Notes under the pieces: model-generated
What the model was told of the DNA's origin: nothing
The model's database searches: none
Seen by the model: the letters and a program-made list of their open reading frames with translations, nothing else
Part shown: positions 40,507-49,300 of the stretch, one piece after another
How the letters are laid out: each line of letters starts with the position of its first letter
Position numbering within the stretch: position 1 is the stretch's first letter
Origin: Alphaproteobacteria bacterium
GTDB taxonomy: Bacteria > Pseudomonadota > Alphaproteobacteria > UBA828
DNA: 64,000 nt
Direction of reading: 5' to 3'
NCBI GenBank assembly: GCA_965237415.1
Contig: CBDEFM010000002.1
Coordinates: 2,976,001-3,040,000, forward strand
Made by a program: the position numbers and the translations under genes

Positions 40507-42252
40507 ATGAGTACCGCCAGCCCTGGCCAGCAAGAGAGCGTTCGCTACCAGCCCGACGAAAGCCCCCCGGTGCCGATCGCAGCCGGTTTGGGTCTTCAGT
40601 TCGCCATTCTCATCATCGCCAGGATCGTGGTCGTGCCCGTCGTCATCGTGCGTGCGGCCGGCGGCAGCGATGCCGACCTCTCCTGGATCCTGTTTGCCGC
40701 GATCGCGATCTGCGGCCTGACCACGATAGTGCAGGCGCTCCGTATCGGCCGCTTCGGCTCTGGATACGTCGCCGTGATGGGCACCTCGCTCGCAGTCGTC
40801 GGCGTGGGCGTCACGGCGGTAGCCGAAGGCGGCCTGTCGCTGCTCGCCACCCTGGTGCTCGTCGCGTCATTGGTTCCGCTGGCGCTCTCCTTCCGGCTCA
40901 CGCTGTTTCGAAAGATCCTGACGCCCACCGTCTCGGGCACGGTCATCATGCTGATCCCGGCCACGTTGATGCCGTCCGCCTTCGGGCTGTTGACCGACGT
41001 GCCGGCCGGCACGCCGGCGGCAGCCGCCCCGCTGTGCGCCATCGTGGCCCTCATCGTCATCATCGTCGCCACGCTGAAGGGAACCGCCGGGGTGCGTCTC
41101 TGGTCGCCGGTGATCGGCGTGGTCGCGGGTTGTCTGGTCGCGCTCTATTTCCGTCTCTACGACGTGGACGCCGTTATCGGGGCCTCGTGGATCGGCTTTC
41201 CAGCTACCGACTGGCCAGGCCTGAACCTCGACTTCGGGCCGGTGTTCTGGGCGCTTCTTCCCGCGTTCGTGCTCGTAGCCCTGATCGAGAGCGTGCAGAC
41301 GATCAGCAACGCGGTGGCAGTGCAGCGCGTCTCCTGGCGCCGCCCGCGGGCGGTGGACTTCAGGGCGGTGCAGGGTGCCGTAGCAACGGCCGGTATCGGC
41401 AACCTGCTGTGCGGTATCGCAGGCACGGTGCCGAACACGCTGTTGTCGACCAGCGTGGCGGTGACCGGCCTGACCGGCGCTGCCGCGCGCCGCGTGGGCA
41501 TCGCGGCAGGCGCGGTATTCATCGCCATGGCCTTCCTGCCCAAGGTTCTCGCCGCGGTCCTGGCGATACCGGGCCCGGTCGTCTCGGCCTATCTGGTCGT
41601 GTTGATGGCAACGCTTTTCGTGCTGGGCATGCAGATGGTCATCCAGGGCGGGATCGACTATCGCAAAGGCCTGATCGCAGGCGTGGCCTTCTGGGCAGGC
41701 GTCGGCTTCCAGTACGGCGCGATATTCCCCGAGTTCACGCACGACTTCGCCGGCGGCCTGCTGCGGAGCGGGGTCACGGCGGGCGGTCTTGTCGCGATCC
41801 TGCTGACCCTGTTCACGGAGGTGACGAAACCGCGGCCGCGTCGGATCGGGACGACGTGCGATGTTTCGGCACTGCCGGAGATCAGGGCGTTCCTGGCCGC
41901 GTTCGTATCCCGCAACGGCTGGGACGAGGCGATGGCGCATCGCCTCGACGCCGTCGCCGAGGAGACGGTACTGACCCTGATCGAGCGCGACGAGGAGGGT
42001 GCGGAGCGCGGGCGGCAGCGTCTGCTGCTCACGGCGCGCAAGGAGGCTGGCCGTGCGGTGCTGGAATTCGTTGCAGCGCCGGGTGACGGTAACCTCGAGG
42101 ACCGGATGGCCCTGCTCGGCGAAGACGCGGCCGAGATTCCGGCCGAGCGGGAGGTCTCGCTTCGGCTCCTGCGGCACCTCGCATCCTCGGTCCGACACGA
42201 GCAGTATCACGACACCGAATTCGTCACGGTCCGCGTGGATGTCCCAGACTGA
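40507..42252 (+). CDS. NCS2 (xanthine/uracil) permease with a C-terminal RsbW/HATPase-like domain
   Basis: RYQPDESPP..LGLQ, GLTTIVQ, TPTVSGTVIMLI; tail LPEIRAFL...RLDAVAEETVLTLIE...LRLLRHLASSV. Confidence 0.8.
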   Translation: MSTASPGQQESVRYQPDESPPVPIAAGLGLQFAILIIARIVVVPVVIVRAAGGSDADLSWILFAAIAICGLTTIVQALRIGRFGSGYVAVMGTSLAVVGVGVTAVAEGGLSLLATLVLVASLVPLALSFRLTLFRKILTPTVSGTVIMLIPATLMPSAFGLLTDVPAGTPAAAAPLCAIVALIVIIVATLKGTAGVRLWSPVIGVVAGCLVALYFRLYDVDAVIGASWIGFPATDWPGLNLDFGPVFWALLPAFVLVALIESVQTISNAVAVQRVSWRRPRAVDFRAVQGAVATAGIGNLLCGIAGTVPNTLLSTSVAVTGLTGAAARRVGIAAGAVFIAMAFLPKVLAAVLAIPGPVVSAYLVVLMATLFVLGMQMVIQGGIDYRKGLIAGVAFWAGVGFQYGAIFPEFTHDFAGGLLRSGVTAGGLVAILLTLFTEVTKPRPRRIGTTCDVSALPEIRAFLAAFVSRNGWDEAMAHRLDAVAEETVLTLIERDEEGAERGRQRLLLTARKEAGRAVLEFVAAPGDGNLEDRMALLGEDAAEIPAEREVSLRLLRHLASSVRHEQYHDTEFVTVRVDVPD

Positions 42253-42628
42253 CGTCACGAGAGGCCCTGCGGAGGGCGGCCTGTTGGGTTCCGGCCCGCT
42301 GCACCAAGTGTGAGGAGGTGGCGGAAGGGCTTGCGGTTGCCGCAAAGAGCCTGGCAAAATTTGACGACCGGAAGCTCAATACACATTGGGACCGAAGTTC
42401 CAGCGACAAGCCCTCAGACCAACATTGTCGGGTAAGAGAGGCGAGGCCGGGTGGCAACGCATCGAGCTTGATGGGTCAATGGTTTGGGAATTCGCAATCT
42501 CCCCGCTCGTCGAGATTGGTGCGATTCCATCGATCGGAAACCGTCAGGGATGCGATGGAACTCGATAACGGGGCACTCGCCAGGCATTGGTCGCTGAGAT
42601 CGTCTGCGAAGGGACGGCGCGTAGCCGC

Positions 42629-43669
42629 CTACCCTGTCGGCAGCCGGCCTGTTCGTGGCGGAGTTTCTCGTGCCTTTATGCTGACCTTGAAATCGAAACG
42701 ATGGTTTTCGGTGTTGCCGACAATGCGGACGTTGTCCTTGGTTTCCATATCGACGGCGGCGCCGAGTCCGACCATGACCGCTTCATCGAGGATTACTCGG
42801 GCGGCCTTTCCGAGGGCGTGGGCGTGCGGAACGTCGATCATTGCCCGCATCCCTGCTTCGCCCACGTTCACTTCGAAGTATCTCCACTGACCAAAAGTAT
42901 GTCTTGCGGCCTGCAGCGTTTCGGCGATCTCCGGACAATCTGCCGCTATCCGTCTCCTGCCGGGCTCCGGCAGGTCGTCATGGAGCTCGATGAGATCGTG
43001 GGTCTTTGCTGCTTCATCTCCGCAGGTAAGACAGATGGCTTTCATGGCAAGCTCGCAGGCGAAGGCCGCAGTCATCGCTTCGATCAACGTGCTACCCATC
43101 CGGTTTTTCAGCCTGTTGCCGGAATAGTTCGGGTCATCCCTGAATCCTTCGATGGACAAGGGGAAGGCCAGGAATCCGTCATCCTTCACCTGTACGTCTG
43201 GCATATGGGCGACGGACATCTCGTCGGGATAGGAGATCTCCGCCACGCCCGCCATCAGGACATGGGCTTGGATGAAAAGCAGACCAGGCGAGCCCAGAGG
43301 GAAGTCGTGCCGGTTCAAGCGGTTTCGCTTTTTCCCCTCCGACAGCTTCGTTTGAACACGTGCCGCGAGCTCTGCCTCCGAGAGGCTGTCCGGTTCCGGA
43401 AAGATCTTTTGGACAAAATTCGCGTCGCCGCATTCAGGCGCTCGTCCCGATTGCATGTTCATGAGGTTGAGCGCGGTTCGATCCTGCATCTCGTTGAATT
43501 CGTCTCGCGCCTTCTCTCCCTCAGTCTTGGTCCCGCATACGCGGCACCTGATTCCTGTCCAGCCGCCATTGTCTTCCCGTCGTGCAAGCAGGCTGCCCCA
43601 ACAACGCGTGCAGCGACCCTTGAGCTTGACCTTGGTTTCCTTGTCCAGGAACGAGAAGGTTGAGGACAT
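42629..43669 (-). CDS. HEPN-domain protein with N-terminal Zn ribbon
   Basis: CTRC..CRVC; AFACELAMKA...KTHDLIELHDDL...F.QWRY HEPN-like pattern; start uncertain. Confidence 0.65.
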   Translation of the reverse strand: MSSTFSFLDKETKVKLKGRCTRCWGSLLARREDNGGWTGIRCRVCGTKTEGEKARDEFNEMQDRTALNLMNMQSGRAPECGDANFVQKIFPEPDSLSEAELAARVQTKLSEGKKRNRLNRHDFPLGSPGLLFIQAHVLMAGVAEISYPDEMSVAHMPDVQVKDDGFLAFPLSIEGFRDDPNYSGNRLKNRMGSTLIEAMTAAFACELAMKAICLTCGDEAAKTHDLIELHDDLPEPGRRRIAADCPEIAETLQAARHTFGQWRYFEVNVGEAGMRAMIDVPHAHALGKAARVILDEAVMVGLGAAVDMETKDNVRIVGNTENHRFDFKVSIKARETPPRTGRLPTG

Positions 43670-44682
43670 GGTGTCCAAATCCACGCCCCATTCGATCGGG
43701 ACGTTCGCAATGGAGCCGTCCTTTGGCGGGGACGGAACAGTACGGCGAGGCCCGCTGAAGCGATGGAGAAGCGGGGCCAGACGCTGTGCGGTCGCACCGA
43801 CGACGTTGGAGAGCGTGGCAATGGGAGATGACCAGGTCAAAGGACAGGACTCGCGGTAGTCAAACGGTTGTTGGCCGGTTCACGACCTCAATATGGGGAC
43901 GGGCAACAGTGGCTCAATCGGCGCTCCGAACAAGAATCGTAGGGTTGGCCCAAACCCGCAGACCCGCAATCATCGAGAGCTTCGAGGCAAGCCGAGCCCA
44001 ACGGCAGCGCAGATGCTGGTGCAACCGCTGAGGCTTGACAGTTCGGCGATCGCCGGCCGGAGATAGGGGGCCGTCAGTGCCAGGCGCCTCGCCGTCTTTC
44101 TGCGGCGGTTATGGAGCCCGCCCCGTTCATTGAAATTCCGTATTCGATCCGGCGGCCGGGATGTGCCAATCGCGGCACCATGCTGGAACGGCGGAGCGAC
44201 CATGTGAAGTTCCTCCCGGCGGTCGCGGCCGGCGGTGTCGGCACGGCCACATGCGCCGCGGGCATGGATTCGCCCGGCAAAGGCATTTTTTTCCCGGACC
44301 TGGAACTGTTAATGGAGTCGGTCCAGCACTCGGCGGTCCGAGCGTCCGCCGCGGGAGGCAGGACCATGACGGGGCGCGCGCCGCACGAGACCTGGGCAGC
44401 CGGATCCTTCCGGGTCCGCCCGGGCCGGTCGGAGCGCGAACCGGCCGGATCTCGGCGGGCCGGAGCGGAGAGCTTCGGGAGCGGGTTTCCATGCGGGAAT
44501 CGCCCCGGCGACACCGGGCGTCGGCGACCGCAAGATCGCGCCCGAGGACCGCTCCGGGGCGGGGCCGGGAGCTTGGGCGCCGCCGGGCGCGTCCCCGGGG
44601 CCGGTCCGGCCCGGACAAAGCCTTGCGTGACAACGGTTTGCGCTGATTTTCGTGCGCTGCGGCACCGCTCTGCGCGGTGCTC

Positions 44683-44718
44683 GATTGCGCTCGATAACTG
44701 TCGTTATCAACCGTAATC
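44683..44718. other. lox-like recombination site L (14-8-14)
   Basis: gattgcgctcgata-actgtcgt-tatcaaccgtaatc; right arm has 3 mismatches. Confidence 0.85.
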
Positions 44719-44883
44719 TTGTCAACCCGGTTTCGCGCCCGCCGGCCTGCGGTGCCCTCCGCGAGATGCAGTCACCCGCCGCCGGCGGGCGCTACGTCGT
44801 TGTAATACAGGGTTTTTCCGGGGTCCGGCAAGGCTCGCGCCGGCCGCGCAGCCGGGACACCGGGCGCACCGGCGCCGCAAATT

Positions 44884-44901
44884 ATTGCGCTCGATAACTG
44901 T
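44884..44901. other. lox-like half site (accessory binding site?)
   Basis: attgcgctcgataactgt, identical to the left arm and first 5 spacer bases of site L. Confidence 0.75.
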
Positions 44902-45025
44902 TTTGTGAATCCGCGCCCGGCGGGGAGCGCGTGACCCGGGTCCGCCCGCCCGCCGGCCTTCGCCGGCACATGATCCTCTTATGGGATCATAAACATTCGA
45001 CCATGCCTGTACACCCCGGTGCGGG

Positions 45026-46009
45026 TCACTCGCGCCGCTGCAGCCGGGCGAGCTGCGCCGCCCCGCTGCGCCGCGCGAGCAGCCGCTCGCCGTAGCGGTT
45101 GACCATGGCGGTGGACTTCCAGCGCCCGGCCTGCAGGATCGCCGGCAGCTCGATGCCGGCGGCGATCATGTCCTGCGCCGCGCCCACGCGCGCGCTGTGT
45201 CCCGAGAGGCCCTGCACCACCGTTTCCGGCAGCCCGGCGCGGCGCGCCATGGCCTTGAGGATGCGCGGCACCTGGCCGGGCGGAAGTCCGCCGCCGACCC
45301 GCCCGCCCTTGCCGACCGAGCGGAACAGGGGCCCGCTCGAGACGCCGCCGCGGTCGAGCCACGCCCGCACCAGCCTCACACTGTCCGGCCCGACCCAGAC
45401 GATCTCGCCCATGCCCTCGCAATCGGTCTTGCTGCGGCGCACCAGGAGGCTGGCGTCGCCGCCCATTTCCTCAAGCAGGTCGGGCACTTGCAGGGATACG
45501 AGCTCGGCGCGGCGGAGCAGCGTGTCGTAGGCGACGGCGAGCAGGGCGCGGTTGCGGTCGTCGATCGGGCGGTCGCCCGCAGCCTCCACCAGGCGCTGGC
45601 GCAGCGGCCAGGTCAGCCCGTGCGCCTGGCCCTGGCGGCGCCCCCTGCAACGGTGCATGCGCTTGAGCGCGAGCCGCACGGCCGGGCTCTTGAGCGTCCC
45701 GGTGCATCCAAGCACCCGGTGGGCGACGGCGATGCTGGCGACGTAGCGGCGCACCGTTGCCGGCGCCCGGTGCTCGGCCATGGCGTCGACGAAGGCGGCG
45801 ACCGTCTCCGCCTTCGCCGGCAATGCCCTCTCCCCTCGCACGGCGCACCACCCGGCGTAGATCGCCAGATCGGACCTCACCGCCCGCTCGGTGTTGCTGC
45901 TGAACGCGTTGCGGGCCGCCCGGACAAAGGGTCCGAGCAGGTCCGCGAGCGCGGTCTCGCGTTCCGTTCCCGTCGCCTCCGAGACATCGAACGGGGGTTC
46001 GAAATACAT
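45026..46009 (-). CDS. Cre-like tyrosine site-specific recombinase
   Basis: RNRALLAVAYDTLLRRAEL, RRSKTD, SGHSARVGAAQDM, QAGRW..TAMVNRY parallel the Cre R/K/HxxR/W/Y residues; GGAGG RBS. Confidence 0.92.
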   Translation of the reverse strand: MYFEPPFDVSEATGTERETALADLLGPFVRAARNAFSSNTERAVRSDLAIYAGWCAVRGERALPAKAETVAAFVDAMAEHRAPATVRRYVASIAVAHRVLGCTGTLKSPAVRLALKRMHRCRGRRQGQAHGLTWPLRQRLVEAAGDRPIDDRNRALLAVAYDTLLRRAELVSLQVPDLLEEMGGDASLLVRRSKTDCEGMGEIVWVGPDSVRLVRAWLDRGGVSSGPLFRSVGKGGRVGGGLPPGQVPRILKAMARRAGLPETVVQGLSGHSARVGAAQDMIAAGIELPAILQAGRWKSTAMVNRYGERLLARRSGAAQLARLQRRE

Positions 46010-46045
46010 CAGCGCGCCTCCGGACCGTCCAAAACAGACCCCCCG

Positions 46046-46081
46046 GATTGCGCTCGATAACGACAGTTATCGAGCGCAATC
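46046..46081. other. lox-like recombination site R (perfect 14-8-14), inverted relative to site L
   Basis: gattgcgctcgata-acgacagt-tatcgagcgcaatc; spacer is the exact reverse complement of the site L spacer. Confidence 0.9.
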
Positions 46082-46316
46082 GGCGCGCGCGGCTCGTGCG
46101 GGCGCACTGGGGTCAGTTGGATTTCCGGCGCGTTGTCGCGGCCGGGCTTCTGCGGGGGAGTGAGCGATGACGGCGAGTTGGCGCAGGAACGGGATCGGAG
46201 CAGCAGCGCGGCGGGCGGGCGCACCGGCCAGACTGACTCTACCCCCCGCACACCGGGTGCACACCGGGTGCGCACCCTACGCAGCGCGCGTGCTCGACAG
46301 CCCGGGGAAACCTGAC

Positions 46317-49300
46317 GTGACCGGTGCGGGCGCGCCGGCCCGGGGCGTGAGGCCCGCGCCGGCGCCGGCGGGCGCGGCGCGGCGTGCCGGAGCGCGCCTG
46401 GCCTCCTTCCTCCTGCTACTGCTCGCCGCGGTCTGCGCCTTTTCCCCGCGGGCCGAAGCCCAGCCGGCGGCGATGGACAGCACGCCGATGGTGACGACCT
46501 TTGTCGACAACACGGCGGAGAGTCGCTTAGGCGCGTCCGATATCTTTACCGATGGTGAATCCGCTCAATCCTTCACCACGGGCATGAACGCCGGCGGCTA
46601 TGTTCTCTCCAGCATCGAGATCGTAAGCACTGCGCAGAACAAAGCGTTTTCCGTAGAGGTTCACACGACCGATGCCGACGGCGGGCCCGATACCCTGTTT
46701 GCCACTCTGACCGCGCCGAGCGACTTTTCGGTCGCGGACGTCGAATTCACCGCGACCGCGAACACGGTGCTCGCGGCGAATACGACCTACGCCGTTTTTC
46801 TACCGGAACCGTCGGGTCTGGACGCATTCCTTTCGGCCACGCTGTCGAACACCGACGGCGGGAGCGACGGCTGGGGCATCGGCGACGCTTACCACTTCTA
46901 CAACACAGGTACCAGTGCGTGGCAGCTCGCTGGTAGCGGCCGTTCGCTGCGCATGGCGGTGAAGGGCACCGCGGTGGCGTCGTCAGGCTCAAACCCGGCG
47001 ACGGGCTTGCCGGCGGTGACGGGGACGGCGCGGGTGGGTTCGACGGTGACGGCGTCGACGGCCTTGATCCGGGACGCCGACGGGCTGACGGGCCCGGCCT
47101 ACGAATACCAGTGGCTGCGGGTCGACGGGGGCTCGGACACGGAGATTTCCGGGGCGACCGGGCGGACCTACGAACTGACCGCGGACGACGCCGGCAAGCG
47201 GGTCAGGGTGCGGGTGAGCTTCACCGACGACGCGCTGAACGAGGAGACGCTCACCAGCTCCGCCTTCCCGAGGACCGGGACGATCGCCATGCCGGTGCCG
47301 GCGATGACGGACCCGAGCGACCTGCTCTCGGCGACGCTGACGGTGAAGGATGTCGCCTCCCAATATCTCGGCTGCAGCGGCGGCACCTCGGCCAGTCAGG
47401 TTTCCTGCAAGAACACCGACGTGCTGACCGCGCGCGGTTTCACGGTCCCCGGCACGACCACGACCCGCAACATCGACACGATCCAGCTCAGCACCGGCGG
47501 GGGGCTCATCGTGAGTTTCGACGGATCGTTCACCGACGAGCAGAAGGCGCGGCTCGCGATCGCGTTCGGCACCACCGAGCTGGATTTGAGCGACGCCACC
47601 TTCTCGGGCAACGAAGCCCGGTGGACCGGCACCGGCCTCAGCTGGACGGCCGACGACACGGTCGCGGTGAAGGTCAAGGACCGGGGCACCGGGGACGTCA
47701 CGCCGCCGGCGTTGAACTTGCAAGGGAGTTTCGTCAACAGTCATGGCCAAAATTTTTTCCTGCAATTCAATGAGGTACTGGACGGGGACAACCTTCCACC
47801 ACCGAGCGCCGTCACCGTCACGGTCGACAGCAGTCCGGTCGCGGTGACCGGAATTTCCCGACTTTCAGGGACCTTGATTGTCGACGTTTCGCCCGTCATC
47901 CTGGCGGCCCAGACGGTCGTCGTCACCTACACCGACCCGACCCCGGGCGACGACGCGCAGGCCATCCAGGACGCGGCCGGCAACGACGTCGCCACCTTCG
48001 AGAACGTGGCGGTGAGAAACGGATCCACCGTCACCGGCGTGCCGGGCGCGCCGACGGGTCTGACGGCGACGAAGGCCGCCGGCGCGAACCGCGGCACGCA
48101 GATCGACCTTGCCTGGGACGAGCCGTCGGACACCGGCCTTTCGCAAATCTCCGGCTACCGGATCGAGTGGTCGGCCGACGGCAACGCGCCCTGGGCCGAT
48201 CTGGTCCCGGACACCGGCTCGACGGACAGGACCTACCCGGACAGCGGTCTCCCCTCGCCGACCACCCGCCACTACCGGGTCTCGGCGATCAACCAACAGG
48301 GCACCGGCAGCCCGTCCGGCATTGCCGACGCCACCACCGACGATACCGTGGGGCCGGTGCTGGAGAGCCCGGAGGTCAGCGGGACCGGCACTCAACTCGA
48401 ATTGCGTTTCAATGAGGCATTTCCCAGCCCCGACGCGCCCCCGAAGACCGCTTTCACGGTGACAGCCGACGGCGCGCCTGTCGACATCGGACACACAGGC
48501 GTTACCGGAAACTCCGGTATTCTATTGAACGTACTCTCCCCCACCATCCGGCAGGGCCAGACGGTCGTCGTCACCTACACGGATCCCAATCCCGGCAGCA
48601 ACGACGCCACAGGGGTCATCCAGGACACGTCCGGCAACGACGCGGCGAGCTTCACCACCGGCGCGGGCGGCGTCCCCGCGGTCGTCAACAGCTCGACCCA
48701 AGCCCCCACCGCCCCCGGCAAGGTGCCGAACCTGGCGGCCGCGCCCGGCGGCGACACCAGCATCGTGCTGACCTGGGACCGGCCGGCCGACAACGGCGGC
48801 CGGGTCATCGAGAGCTACCGGATCGAGGTCTCCGAGGACGTCGACCCCCTCGTCTGGCAGGAGCTGGAGGACGAGCACGACGCGATGAAGGACGGCGCGA
48901 TCGAGCGGCGCTACGAGCATCCCGGGCTGGATCCGGCCACCACCCGCCACTACCGGGTCCGGGCGAAGAACGCGGTCGGCGACGGCGACTGGTCGGACGA
49001 GGACGGCGCCACCACCACCTCCGGCGCTCCGGACGCCCCGACCGGGCTGACGGCGACGCCGGGGCTGCCGTCGCCGCGCGACGGCACGACGCTGATCCGG
49101 CTCGGCTGGGACGCGCCTACGCTTGCGCAGGAGGGCGATTCGCGGATCACCGGCTACCGGATCGAGGTCTCCGAGGACGTCGACCCGCTGGTCTGGGAGG
49201 CGCTGGTGCCCGACACCGGGAACCGGAACCGGGTCTACCGGCACACCGGGCTTGGCTCGGAGGTGACGCGCCACTACCGGGTCTTTGCGATCAACGACGA

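Noticed and set aside
44060-44680. GC-rich hairpin-dense region as oriT/oriV or small ORFs
   Set aside because: No relaxase or Rep gene, iterons or nic consensus recognised; the ORFs look spurious
46248-46269. 11-bp tandem repeat gcacaccgggt x2 upstream of the adhesin
   Set aside because: Only two units; could be chance in GC-rich DNA
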